A stretch of 62,936 bases of DNA, the filler included, from Thraustochytrium aureum (lineage: Eukaryota): assembly GCA_012862495.1 (NCBI GenBank). It is 4 parts of 3 records of this genome, joined end to end, with 100 filler letters (N's around TTAATTAATTAA, not from the genome) between each part and the next. Parts side by side here need not be neighbours in the genome. Positions count along the whole stretch, not along the records: positions 1 to 31,032 come from BLSG01000103.1; 3 more parts are not named here. One strand, written 5' to 3'. Both the position numbers and the translations under genes were made by a program. Of the stretch, positions 1 to 11,864 are shown in pieces (position 1 is the stretch's first letter; the number at the start of each line of letters is the position of its first letter). Under the pieces are notes generated by a model that was not told where the DNA came from, made no database searches, and saw only the letters and a program-made list of their open reading frames with translations.

Positions 1-67
1 AGGTGCCAGGCTTGCCGCGCTCGCACTGGCGTTCAGTCACAGGTCTTGCAGCGCCGGTTGCTGTGGC

Positions 68-1747
68 ATGGCGACTTCGGCTAGCATGGGCTGCAACAGC
101 CACAGCCCACGCCACACCAAAGCGTACGCTCGTCGCGGAACGACTTTCCCGTGCATTCTTGCTGCCACCACGCTTGGCGCATGCCTTTGCATTTGGGCAG
201 CGCTAGGACCGGCGTGGGGCGTCGGTGCCGAGTCTTTCATCCAAGGAGGGTTCAGGGCCAAGTTCCTCGACTTTTGGGGTCCTGAGTTCGCGGAGCGAAG
301 CACGGGCCGAGGCCAAGGCGGACCAGAACTACGAGGGCGCAAACCCGGCAAGGGTGGCGCCCAGCTCGCTTGGAGAGAACTCGGGATCAAGCCCTTGGTA
401 AATGTGTCGTCGGTGGGGCCCCTGCGTCCGGACGAGTCCGAGTTGTTCCAGGTCTACTCTGAAAACGCAGGCATCCGAGCCAGCGAGATACTGGCCGGCC
501 TCGCCAGCGGCGCTCGCCTTATAGGCAGCGCTGTCGGCGGCTCTGTGACAGCCGGAGCAAAGTCAACGGTGGGGCGCACATACCAGCACGTTTTGTCCAG
601 TTGGTTGGACCAAAGCGTGGCGCTCAAGCCAGGCTCTGTCAAGATTTACGACATGGGGCACGGGAACCGGCGGACGGAACACGCGATGATGGTCAGCGGA
701 CTCTACGTGCCCCGGAACGCTGACTTGGTAATTTGGGAGTTTGCTGTCAACGACGGGCAAACGCGCGCTGCGCCACTGGTTGAGACCGTCAAGTTTTGGC
801 TGCGCTCAGTTGTTGCACGCGCGCCGAACGTGCTCGTTGTTGCGCTGTTCCTGTGGAATAGGCACAGCCACCGGGTCCCTTTCGCGCATCGCGCCTCGGA
901 CATCTTGCGCGAATCTGGAGCGTTCCAGCACCCGAACGTTCTGGGCTTCCTCGACGTCGCGAGGTACCTGAACGACCGCTACGCCAACGACAACGCCGCA
1001 AGCAGCGCATTGATCGCCGACGCCCATCACCCCAGCGAAAGGGGGCACGCGCTCATCGGGGAGCTCTTGTCGCAGATGCTCCATTTCGCGGCAGCGGGGC
1101 TTGCCAAGCCCGTCCTGCCGCCGGCTGAGGTCAAGGTGCTGCCGCTGCTGAACCCCTGCTCACGCTCAAGAGGGGCGCCAAGCGCTCTTTCGGAAGATGC
1201 GACGGGCCAGCGCCTCTACAGGCTCCTGGCGGGGACCCCGATCGTGCCGGTAGCAGGCTTTTCAAAGACGACGCCGATGCTTCCAAGGGACCTGCAAGGT
1301 GATTTTGCGATTGACTTGTCGATTGTCCCGCGCAAGGGCCGAGCGTCGCGGCCGGCAAAGATGCTTCGCGTCGGCAAGGCCATGCGAGGCCGCATTGACC
1401 GCAAGTACGCCATCGTCCTGCCACACTGTAAGGACGCCTCCGCAGAATTCCGCGCATCAGGGCTGGACGAATCCGTCGTGATTCGGGCTGTGCACATCGA
1501 GCTCTTGGAGCCCATCGGAACGACCCGATTCCAGGTCCGCCTTGACAACGTGGATCTCGATCTCGCCAGTTCGGAGCACTCCCCGTGGTGCACCGAGTCT
1601 GATCATGAGCACGCGGGGGCGTGGCTTCTCGTCCCGCGGCGCCTCGGTCGAGGCCGGACCCTGTCGCTTTGCACTATTCGCAGCAGCACGAACGACGAAA
1701 AGTCAAAGGCCGTCTTCGCGATGCAATTCCTCGGCTACAAGACATGA
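68..1747 (+). CDS. Membrane-anchored SGNH/GDSL hydrolase-family protein (putative carbohydrate O-acetyl esterase/transferase)
   Basis: 559-aa ORF with an N-terminal hydrophobic segment (CILAATTLGACLCIWAAL). SGNH blocks are visible: block I GGSVTAG, block III DLVIWEFAVND, and block V DAHHP (DxxH). Confidence 0.7.
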   Translation: MATSASMGCNSHSPRHTKAYARRGTTFPCILAATTLGACLCIWAALGPAWGVGAESFIQGGFRAKFLDFWGPEFAERSTGRGQGGPELRGRKPGKGGAQLAWRELGIKPLVNVSSVGPLRPDESELFQVYSENAGIRASEILAGLASGARLIGSAVGGSVTAGAKSTVGRTYQHVLSSWLDQSVALKPGSVKIYDMGHGNRRTEHAMMVSGLYVPRNADLVIWEFAVNDGQTRAAPLVETVKFWLRSVVARAPNVLVVALFLWNRHSHRVPFAHRASDILRESGAFQHPNVLGFLDVARYLNDRYANDNAASSALIADAHHPSERGHALIGELLSQMLHFAAAGLAKPVLPPAEVKVLPLLNPCSRSRGAPSALSEDATGQRLYRLLAGTPIVPVAGFSKTTPMLPRDLQGDFAIDLSIVPRKGRASRPAKMLRVGKAMRGRIDRKYAIVLPHCKDASAEFRASGLDESVVIRAVHIELLEPIGTTRFQVRLDNVDLDLASSEHSPWCTESDHEHAGAWLLVPRRLGRGRTLSLCTIRSSTNDEKSKAVFAMQFLGYKT

Positions 1748-3583
1748 CAACCTCCTCCTCCACGTCCAACGCCCTCAACAGCGCCTTGGATGATCATCGC
1801 CCACCACGATGATCACCATCTTCATCTCATGATCGAGCGCGGACAGAGCCTGCGCGACTGCTCGTGAACACGGGCGCTCGCTTTGTTCGCCGGAGAATTG
1901 GATGGCCACGGCGCACGTGAAACGAAAAGCTCTCCATCAGCTCGTGGCTCGCGCTGCTGCAGATCCGCATCGCCGAGGAGACCGATGGAATGGCGTGCCA
2001 GCCGCCGCGGTCTGGGCTGTTGGTGGCCATCATGATTGCGTTTGCCAATGCCTCGTGAGGCAGCGGCTGGGAAGCCGCCTTCACTTGGCGGCACCAGTCT
2101 CGTCAGCGGCGCCGTGGTGGTGCCCTCCTCGCCAGGCCTGGCCAAGATACTGACTGGCCTGGACGCGGCTTGGCCTGCTCCAATTGTGCCGCTTGGAGCG
2201 TGCCGCTTTGTGGAATGCAGGTGAGCGAGTGTGCGTGTCGAGGTTTGGTTGGGTCTTTGTTTGGACGGAGCGCGAGACTCTCGTTGCCTGGACGGACGCA
2301 CTCAGGGAGCGTCTACACTCGTGCGAGAGAGATGTCGCAGAGCCTCTCGGCCCAGCCTCGAAGGTTGCAGGGCGGTGTCAGTTTTGCGACACATTTTACT
2401 CGTGAGGGAGGGGAAGGATGGGCGGGCGGGCCGGCGGGCGAACAGCTCAGTGCTGTTGCATGGCGTCGGGTTGTGTGGTGCTGCGTGCACAACCTCTTGC
2501 TGCCGCGGACGTTCGTGCGATCAGCATTTACAAGCGCGCGAGAGTGGACGAGGCCGCCTGAGCGGCCAGACGCCCTGGCCCAAGGCCTCCTCCCGCCGTG
2601 CTCTGTGTTGGCGGGTCGAGCAGCGGCCGTGCGAACAAGACTATTGGTTTGTTGTGCTCAAAATCGTTGGACCGGCGCCGACTCGTGCGTTCAAAGGTCT
2701 TGGATGGAGGTCAAGAAATGGGAGGCGGCTTTTGCGCGATGCAATCGCTCACATCTGGTCCAGGAGACAACTAACCTGAAGCGACGTGCCAACCGGGTCG
2801 TCTGGCGCGACGCAGCCCTCTTGCACTGTGGCTTGGCCAGCCTGCTTTCCTTTTGTGGATGTTCTTCCTGATTGTGCCCTGACTGACGTGTATGAATATT
2901 TGAACCTGGGACCCAACAGTACCTACCTACTCACTCACCCGACCTTTTTACCATACGAAAGACAGGCGACGAGCTGCGCGAGGCGAAAGGGGCTGCACAA
3001 GAGGCGAGCACGAGCTACGCGTGAATTTCACTTTGTCTTTCCCTTCAATTCCCCAAGGGGTAAAGATCATTCAACCACGCAAGATAGAACCGTCGGGGGC
3101 CTTCGAGTTTGCCGCCGCAACTGTATGACTGCAGCGGCATACATAAGCGCCCCCACACTTCAATAGGCTCGGAGAAAAGGCCGGGGCCGCACCTCTGTTG
3201 CGCCGGGCATGAAGCCGCGCTCACAAGCCGCTTTTCTTTCACCTGCAGAGTGCCCGGTACCGGCCGCTCTCTGCCGCTCTGCTCACTCGCTCGCTCGCTC
3301 TGATCAAGTAGTCTCGCTGCCAGCTCGCTCGCCTGCCTCGCTGTTCGCTGCTGCCTTGGTCCAGAGTCAAGTTGGCCAGGTAGCTGCTTGCCCGTACTCT
3401 GTGTCTTGCTTGCGCGGGAAGGGGGCCTGCGTTAATTCAATAGCGTTCGGCCGTGGACGTCCCGCGCCACATTTCTCTGCTTCCTGGCAAACGCTACGGC
3501 TCGGACTCTGCCCAGATCGGGCAGGCCGCACTCCGGTGTGTCCGAGCCTCCTGCCAGGTTGCGCAGATTTCCTCGCTGTCCTG

Positions 3584-4105
3584 CTAGGCTGGGTGGTTTG
3601 CCTTGAAGCGCGCCTCGTCCACGCCCGTCTGCAGAATGATCTCCTCCACGATCGCATTGACGCAGGCGTGTTGGAGCACAAGGGACGTTGTTGGACACCG
3701 ACCACCGAGCGCGTCGCCGCGACCCTCCTCGCTCGAGCCCAGGTCGTAGACCACCTCGGCGTCGCACAGTGAGCCAATGTGGTCCGGCGCTGCAGTGTCC
3801 CGGGCCGCAGAGTAGACGCCAACGATGCGGCAGGCGCGCGCTCGCTCTTTGAGGGCGCGGCACGCTGCCAGGCACTCTGCGGTCGTGCCCGAGTTCGAGA
3901 AGACGACAACGAGGTCGCGCGCGCCGAGCTGGCCGAGGTCGCCGTGCGCCCACTCGCCCGCGTGCGTGTAGCTTGACCTTATTGCCACGGATCTGAGCGA
4001 CGCGGCGAGCCTCTGCGCGACAAGCCCGCTCTTGCCGACGCCTGTCGTGTGGACCCAGCCTGCGCGGCCCATCGCAGCCACAATGTCCCGACCGACGCTC
4101 GCCAC
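3584..4105 (-). CDS. SIS-domain sugar-phosphate isomerase, KpsF/GutQ (arabinose-5-phosphate isomerase)-like, no CBS pair; 5' end in gap
   Basis: Motifs TGVGKSGLVAQRLAASL, H.GEWAHGDLG, FSNSGTT.E, PTTS and F..NHP match the KpsF/KdsD SIS domain. The ORF stops right after NHPA. Confidence 0.8.
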   Translation of the reverse strand: MASVGRDIVAAMGRAGWVHTTGVGKSGLVAQRLAASLRSVAIRSSYTHAGEWAHGDLGQLGARDLVVVFSNSGTTAECLAACRALKERARACRIVGVYSAARDTAAPDHIGSLCDAEVVYDLGSSEEGRGDALGGRCPTTSLVLQHACVNAIVEEIILQTGVDEARFKANHPA

Positions 4106-4531
4106 NNNNNNNNNNNNNNNNNNNNNNNNNNNNNNNNNNNNNNNNNNNNNNNNNNNNNNNNNNNNNNNNNNNNNNNNNNNNNNNNNNNNNNNNNNNNNNN
4201 NNNNNNNNNNNNNNNNNNNNNNNNNNNNNNNNNNNNNNNNNNNNNNNNNNNNNNNNNNNNNNNNNNNNNNNNNNNNNNNNNNNNNNNNNNNNNNNNNNNN
4301 NNNNNNNNNNNNNNNNNNNNNNNNNNNNNNNNNNNNNNNNNNNNNNNNNNNNNNNNNNNNNNNNNNNNNNNNNNNNNNNNNNNNNNNNNNNNNNNNNNNN
4401 NNNNNNNNNNNNNNNNNNNNNNNNNNNNNNNNNNNNNNNNNNNNNNNNNNNNNNNNNNNNNNNNNNNNNNNNNNNNNNNNNNNNNNNNNNNNNNNNNNNN
4501 NNNNNNNNNNNNNNNNNNNNNNNNNNNNNNN

Positions 4532-7500
4532 ACCATGGTCATCGCCGTGAAGGAAGTTATCGACCTCAACGCGTCGCTTCTCCGCGATGGGGGGACTCAC
4601 GAGCCAGGCACAGCTATCCATGGCCTGAAGGCCGTCGCGAAGAAGCACGGCCTGCCCCGGAACACTTTGAGGTACCAATTCTTGCGCGCGCTGCAAAACA
4701 AAGGCCAGGTCCTCCGGTCCACTGAACAGCAAGCCCTAGCTCCTGAGGTTGAGGCCCAAATCACGGAGCGTATCCACAAGATGGCCGACCACGGCTTCAC
4801 CATGCGCGTGGAACAAGTTAAAAAACTCGCGGAACGTCTTAACCATGAAGCCTCGAGCCTGGGCACGTTCAAGGCGTCTTCCGGATGGTTTCGACGCTTT
4901 CTTACTCGAGTGCGGAGCGTTTCGCGCCGCCAGCTTGATGGGCTGGTGACGAGCCGTGCTCGGTCGCTGAACGAAGAGGAAGTGAGGCGCTGGTTCGACC
5001 TGCTGCGCAGCACGTACGAGAAAGTCAAAGGCTGGAACAATGGCGTCGAGGTTACAGCGCCTTTCGTCTTCAACATGGACGAGACTGGCTTCCAGTTGAG
5101 CGCTGGGGCGGCCTGGGACATTTTGCGTCGCGGGGGAAAACAGACTCACCGGGCAGCCCAAAACAACGAGGAGCTCGTCGCGATGCTCGCGTGCATCTCG
5201 GCAAGCGGCGACCCGGTCCCCGCTGTGTTTGTTGTCAAGGACAAGTGGGTTGACCCTGCGAAGGTGGCTGAGTTCGCGAGGGACACGTTCAACGCTGCGC
5301 ACCTCACGCGGTCCCCAAGCGGCTGGACAACCAAGCCACTCTTTTTCGATTGGTGCAAGCGCTTCGTCAACCACGTCAACTCCACCGTTCGTCGAGATCA
5401 CGGCGACTTTTGGTGCGTTCTTGTGATGGACGGCCACGACTCGCATCTGATGCATGCGGAGGCCTTGGCGTTCCTAGAAGCGAACAGGATCATGCCGATC
5501 TGCATGCCCTCTCACGCAAGCGCTTGCCTTCAGCCCCTCGACGTCGGGGCGTTCTGCGTCGTGAAGGCTCGGCTCCGACGTAGACTCACAGAGTTCTACG
5601 AGGAAAACCCTGGCGCAACCCTCGACAAGTGGGACGTGCCGCTCGTTGTGCACCGAGCTTGGCAGGACGGACCTAACAGGGAAAATGCGGTCAGTGCCTT
5701 CCGCAAGTGCGGGATGATGCCCTTTGACGACCAGTGGGTGCAGAAGAACGAGGGCATGTTCATGGTCAACAAAGCACCGGACAAGCGCGCCGACAACCTA
5801 CGATTTGCCGATCTTCTCACGCTGCCGGACGACAACGAAATGGCATTTGCATTGCTGAAAGACAAGGTCGACCTCATGGAGGAATCTGAGGTTGTCGCCA
5901 CGGTCTCCCCCGCGCTGATTCTGCACGCGGCGGTGTTCAAGACGCTTTGGCCCGGCGCGTGGCTCGAAGCGGACGTGATCGACGCATACATCGCGACTCT
6001 ACCTGTTTACCGCAGTGTTCACGTTTTCAACGCCAGGCGCTTCACGGTTATGGCCGACTTCAACAACGGTTTCGCGTCCGTCGACAGCGCTTGTCTCGAG
6101 GTGGACTCCTCGTCGTGCCTATTCATAAATCCACGTCTGGGCCGTTCGACGACCAAGCAACCCGCAATCACTGGGCGATTGCCATCGTGGATATTTCCGC
6201 ACGTACCGTCCACAGTGTCGACCCTCTCGGCGCCCCGACCGAAGACGAGGTCAGCAAGCTCATATGTTGCCTCGAGCTCNNNNNNNNNNNNNNNNNNNNN
6301 NNNNNNNNNNNNNNNNNNNNNNNNNNNNNNNNNNNNNNNNNNNNNNNNNNNNNNNNNNNNNNNNNNNNNNNNNNNNNNNNNNNNNNNNNNNNNNNNNNNN
6401 NNNNNNNNNNNNNNNNNNNNNNNNNNNNNNNNNNNNNNNNNNNNNNNNNNNNNNNNNNNNNNNNNNNNNNNNNNNNNNNNNNNNNNNNNNNNNNNNNNNN
6501 NNNNNNNNNNNNNNNNNNNNNNNNNNNNNNNNNNNNNNNNNNNNCGCTGTGCGGGTGGGAAATCGACGCCTGGTCTCCTCATTCGCACGATTGGGGGGGC
6601 ACAGGACCACCTCAGCGCGACGGGCACAGTTGCGGCATCTTTGTTTGCCTGTTTTCTAAGGCCATCGCCGATGCGACCTCCGCGGGGGAAGCACTTGCTC
6701 GCATCGACGATGTCGCGAAGACGCTTTTACCGCAGGCCCTGGTCCTGGGAGCTCCAGCGGCCATGACTACAGTGCACCTTTGCGCGATCACCGCCTTGAG
6801 ATCGCTTTGGCCATTTACCGTGCGTTTGGCTCGCTGCGAGTTGGAGCTGCAGACCCGAGCGCGGGTGGTAGCCAACTCCTCTCGGCAACCACGCGACTCG
6901 AGCAGTCGGTCGCCACTGGGAAGTCCGTTTCGGACGAGTTGGAGCGCGAGACACGGGCCGCCAGAGCCGCTCAGAGCGACTTGATCCGCAGCATGGAGGC
7001 CGCGAGGCAAGCTCAAGCTGCTCTCGCTTTGGAGTTGGCTAAGGCGGAATCTGTGCGGGAACGAGGAGGCCATGCAGCGCACATCACGAACGTCAACAAT
7101 GTCAGCCACTATCATTTTGAAGGCAGTTCAGTCACGTTTGCGCGGCCTCCCATTTTCGAGCTCGACGGCCCGCAGTTTCCTGCAGGGCTTGAGAACGAGA
7201 ACCACCTTTGGCGCTCGACCTGCTGCCTTGTACGCCGATCTGAAGCGACGGAAACGAAACAGTATGAACGTGGAGAGCTTCCAGGAGCCAAAGATTCTCA
7301 CGGACGACCGGCGCATGTTGGCTATCCACGCTGCCGACTCGCGACGTTCAAGCACGGAGGAGCGTGCTGGCAAGAAGGCCACGCTGCAGAACATTGGCGA
7401 CGCGATGGCACAGATGGTGTTGGCGCACGAAGGCGTGATCGAGCCCGGTGGCAGACTCACGGCAAAGGTTATGCGTGAGTTCCTCGAGAGCAAGCATGTC

Positions 7501-7630
7501 ACGCTCAAGCAGAGCTTGACGCGCTCAGCGCTGCGCTCGCTTGTGGAGACGTGGGGGCGCGACAACTTGTCGTTATTCGCGCAATAAACCCGATTCATTT
7601 GCGTGCTTGGTGGGCCAAACTATGAAGTAC
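4532..7630 (+). mobile_element. pogo/Fot1-type (Tc1/mariner-pogo) DNA transposon carrying a Ulp1/C48 protease domain; left end in gap, right end approximate
   Basis: Encodes a transposase (next feature). The left terminus is hidden in the N run 4106-4531. A possible right end is ...GGTGGGCCAAACTATGAAG-TA near 7609-7629, which is unverified. Confidence 0.75.
4535..7587 (+). CDS. pogo-like DD36D transposase (psq-HTH, CENP-B HTH, DDE_1) fused to a Ulp1-like cysteine protease; at least 3 frameshifts and one gap
   Basis: psq-like HTH LKAVAKKHGLPRNTLR and CENP-B HTH FKASSGWFRRFLTR. Catalytic NMDETGF, VMDGHDSH and LQPLDVG have 36 residues between D2 and D3. In the same frame follows the Ulp1 start LWPGAWLEADVIDAYI; in shifted frames come LLVVPIH, NHWAIAIVD, SVDPL and PQRDGHSCGIFVC. 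The tail KRRKR..KILTDD ends at TAA 7587. Confidence 0.8.
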
Positions 7631-8213
7631 GTTTCGCGAGTCGCAGTGGGCAGCACCAACTTGGGCGACTCGCTGCGCCACTGGGAGAGGAGGACCCAGA
7701 CCAGTCACACGGAATTAAAGGCACCAAGGTGACGCAAGCATTACGGATGACAGGCTTACGACGCGGACGCGCGACGCCCCTGCTCAGGCTTGATCAAATT
7801 CTCGATTCAAAAGGCACCATGCGCGACCCCCGACGGATCGGGTGTTTCCGATTGAAGCCCGCACCCGAGTGCCCAATTGCCTGATTTGCTGACGCCGCGA
7901 AGCTGGCAATATTGTACTTCCTCTTCGCACATCACAACGACTCATCACCAGCGGCTGCGATGCATTTCGATCGAACGGGCGCGATGCACTGGCCGACAGT
8001 GGCGCGCGCGCCGAGGCTGGCAGCCTGCGCCGCCGAGCGATGCTTGGTTGCGCTCCTGTGGGGCTGCTGACTGTCTTGGCGATGCGAGGTATGGGGAAGA
8101 ATACGAAACGATAGAGTTGGGTTTGCGCCAGCCGCAACGCTGAAGGAAAGCTAGCTAGCTAGCTCTTGATAGACATCGTCAACTGAAAGACGGGGTCGTC
8201 CGCGGACGCTCCC

Positions 8214-9311
8214 TCACTTGAACTTGGCGAAGAAGGAGTTGACCACCCGCTTGCCAATGACGCCCTGAAAGTGTATGCTGCGCAGCGGCTTGCCGCCAAC
8301 CGCAGCAGTGCCCGCGGCACCGTCATAAACGAACCCAGGCAGCCTGTAACCCAGCCTGTGGTCAAACCCCTCGGCTTCGCTCGCGCAGATGCGCCGCCGC
8401 GGCGTCGCGGGCAGCAGCGCGGCGGGCTTGTCGCCCGCCTTGGCGCGCGCGGCGATCTCAGCATCGGCGGCGACAACATAGAGGTACCAGAGTGTCATGT
8501 CGCAGACGTAGGGCTTTTTGCTCTTCTTTGCGCGGAGCACGCTTGAAACCGCCGTCGTTGACTTGTAGGTCGCGACCGTAAACTCTGTCCACTCGCGCAC
8601 GACGTCGTAGGAAAGCAAGGCGCTCCCAGCCCAGACCGACCAGCTCATGGTCGACCAGTTCAGCTTCTGCGTGCTGTTCCCGAGGTCCACAAGAGAGTCG
8701 CACTCGTCGCGCAAGAGCGCCAGCGTGACCGGCGAGAGAAGCGCGACGTCTGAATCGACGAAAAACACGTGCGACAAGGCGTTGGTCCGCATAAACTCCT
8801 CCAAGTAAAAAAAGCGCCTAAAATTGAACGACTCCCACGGCTCCTTCAAGCCCCACGGCTTGTACACGCGCTTGAACTCGTTGTGGAGCTCCGACTCCTT
8901 CCCGCTTATGTCGTAGATCTCGACCTTGCCCTTGAGGTCCTCGGGAACCTCTGACGCTGTGTTTGTGAGGAGCGTCACTGAGGGGTTGTGCCGGACGGTC
9001 TGCCGCAGCGTGGCCCACTGGTAGTGTCCTTTATCGATTGGTTTGTCGCTGTAGTAAAAGGCGACGACAGGGAGCGGCTCGTCCACGTCGGCGGCTTGAT
9101 CCCCACCGCCCGCCTCCCAGGTGTCAGTCGCAACGGGCCCGTCTCCCGCCTCGTCGACCGGAACGCCGATGCTTATCCCGACGTCCACTTGGACGGTGTT
9201 GTTCGACAGCTCCCGTTTGTTGGCGACGAAGGCCATCCCAAACAGGACAAGCACAGCCAACAACGTCGCGCGCCCAGTGCGTCCGAGGCCCAGGTTCTTG
9301 CCCTTGTCCAT
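8214..9311 (-). CDS. Type II membrane glycosyltransferase-like protein (GT-A, DxD motif)
   Basis: ATG at 9311 (MDKGKNL). Single N-terminal TM (LLAVLVLFGMAFVA) and a stem region, followed by FRRFFYLEEFM, VFFVDSDVALL (DxD), CDMT and C-terminal IHFQG..K. Confidence 0.65.
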   Translation of the reverse strand: MDKGKNLGLGRTGRATLLAVLVLFGMAFVANKRELSNNTVQVDVGISIGVPVDEAGDGPVATDTWEAGGGDQAADVDEPLPVVAFYYSDKPIDKGHYQWATLRQTVRHNPSVTLLTNTASEVPEDLKGKVEIYDISGKESELHNEFKRVYKPWGLKEPWESFNFRRFFYLEEFMRTNALSHVFFVDSDVALLSPVTLALLRDECDSLVDLGNSTQKLNWSTMSWSVWAGSALLSYDVVREWTEFTVATYKSTTAVSSVLRAKKSKKPYVCDMTLWYLYVVAADAEIAARAKAGDKPAALLPATPRRRICASEAEGFDHRLGYRLPGFVYDGAAGTAAVGGKPLRSIHFQGVIGKRVVNSFFAKFK

Positions 9312-11830
9312 CTTGGCCGAATGCACCGTGCGCTCGACCGTGTCCCTGCCTGCCTGCCTGCCTGCTTGGCTGGCCTGCCTGCAGCGTTCGCGTTCGCCTC
9401 CGCGACTTGCAAGCCTGACTCGCGGCTTCGAAGGAGTCAGTCTCGGCAAATACGATCTGGNNNNNNNNNNNNNNNNNNNNNNNNNNNNNNNNNNNNNNNN
9501 NNNNNNNNNNNNNNNNNNNNNNNNNNNNNNNNNNNNNNNNNNNNNNNNNNNNNNNNNNNNNNNNNNNNNNNNNNNNNNNNNNNNNNNNNNNNNNNNNNNN
9601 NNNNNNNNNNNNNNNNNNNNNNNNNNNNNNNNNNNNNNNNNNAGTGCTTGAGAGTACTGCCTACAGTCCCGTGAGCGGAGCGTTTGCGGTCGAGGCCTGC
9701 CGCCGTCCCTTGGCGCCTGTCATGCTGCAGTTGTAGGCTATCTGTGCCGCTGTCCCCGTCACCAACATCCAAGCCATGGGATGATGATTGATGTCTCATG
9801 TGGCTGGCTGGTTGGCGAGCTGGCGGGTGTTGGGCTTCGAGCCGCCCTGACGACGCAAGCCGGAACTGAAGGCAAGAGCATCGGTGCCCCAAGACCAACC
9901 TCCGCGCTTAAGGGTGGTTCGGTTCGACGGATTGCAGCTGCTGAGGACTTGCGAAGGGGACGACAAGCACGCAGCGAAGGCCCACGAGGGGCATTTCGTA
10001 GATGCGTCTTGTGCGTGCGGGTCTTACAGACATGATTTTCTTGAGATGCAAGCGAGTGCGTGGAACTGCCCTTTGCTTTATTTAATCGTGCGCTGCAACG
10101 TCCTTTCGTCGAACGCTTTCGAGCGACGCGCAGTGCGCTTTCGAACTGGCGGTGGCCTTGCAACAGGTGCGGCGCTCGCGTTCGCTTTCCGTTTGTGAAA
10201 CGCGGCGACCATGCCGCTACGTGTGGCAGGCAGCGGCGAAACCCGCGAGAAGCGAGCTTACGTTGGCCAACTACCCTCTGGTGCGCGCGCCCAGTGGACG
10301 AGACCTCCGCAATGCGCGAGCTGTGCTTTGTGCTTTGCCTTCGGCACCCATCGTCGCCGCGGGCAGGCCGCCGTCAAGGCAAACCGCGTGCAATTCTGCA
10401 GCGCGTTTCTGCCCGCGCGGTAGCGGCACCGTGCTCGCACAAGACAGCCTCGAGCCCCGTCAACTAACGCGGGGCACGATAGAGCGCTCGACACCCTGCT
10501 GCTGGCTCCGACTGAGCGTGGGTGGTCGCCGGAGCCCTATTGTTGCAACAGTGCGAGGCTCATGGAGTGCAGGGCTCTGCCCAACACCGTGGTAGTTGAA
10601 GGACCCCTCCACGGACGCGCCGCCGAGACCACAAATCCCTTCCTCCTATCGCATGCGGTCAGTCTTGCCGTCCTTGCGTGCTCGCCCCACTCGGTGCCAG
10701 AGCCTGGAGCAGTCAGTCAGTCAGTTCGTCCGTCGTCTGGGGTGGAGTTGCAGCCTCGAGCCCGCACCGCGCGCAAAGTGAATCTCCTCCCTTCGCGGAG
10801 TCTGCCGCCTGGGCAGGCATCGAACAGCATCTCCGCCGTATCCGCCAAGCGAGCGCGGCGTGCATCAACCGTCCGCGCACCGCGTCAATTCGAAGCCCAT
10901 CAAGTACTCGTAACGGTACTCTAGAATTCAGAACAAGTGGTTGGTACACACCCTCGTCGGACATGCTCGCCTGCGGGTTCCCTTGAATTTTGTGCTCGTT
11001 GCGTTTGTGTTCTTCCCCTACCTACCTGCGGGGCAGCCGGGTTCCTCTCACAGATTTCACGACACAATTTGTCCGTAGCGGGTTCCCCCGCGGCCTGCGC
11101 CTCACACGTTGATGAGAGGCGTTTCACCAGCGGGTTCCCATTTCGCCGCGTGTCCTCTCAGGCGGGATTCCACTGGGCGCTTCTACATGTGAGGAGGCGT
11201 TCTTTGCAAGCGCTCAAGAGTTGCGCGTTCACGGCAGCCGAGAGCGGCCGCTCAATAGGCCTACCTACCTACCTACCCGGGGACGCTTTCCTTTCGCGCT
11301 GGAGGGACGATCGAGAAGCCCCAGCCAGCCAAGCCAGCCAGCCAGCCAGCCAGCCGGCCACTCCACGCCCAAGCCAAGGCAGATGTGCAAGGCCGGACGT
11401 GCTGCGCGCCGCTCGAGCTGCCACCGATCGCCTGGCAGCCAGCGAATCACGACGCTGAGCGAGCGATCAGCTTGGCTTGGCGCGACTTCGGCCGAGAGCC
11501 AGGCGGAGGAGATGGGCATGTGCCGAATCATGGATGCCATTTCACGGCTTTGGCTGGTTCAGGGCGTTGGACCACTCATGAACGCAAGCTGCGAAGGCTG
11601 CGATTGGCTTCCGCCGGGTGGACTGATGATGCAAGGGCAAGGCAGGACGCAGGTGGCGCTCCTCGAGCTCGCACGCACGCACGCACGGGTGGGTGGTGGA
11701 AGAAAGGTCGGTCAGGTGGTGAGGTGGTACGGCATTTCCGGGTCGTTGTGGCGAGGAGAGTTCTCGGCTTTCGAGTCGTGAGTCGTGACATGGCCAGCGC
11801 AACACGTGGCACAGCTGATTGACGCAACGG

Positions 11831-11864
<34 letters not shown>

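Noticed and set aside
1750..3580. Several 100-230-aa ORFs between the SGNH and SIS genes
   Set aside because: No motifs and a GC-driven Arg/Ala/Pro-rich composition; not supportable as genes.
7636..7673. 9-bp inverted repeat GCGAGTCGC...GCGACTCGC after the transposase
   Set aside because: Short and GC-rich, expected by chance, and cannot be tied to a TIR.
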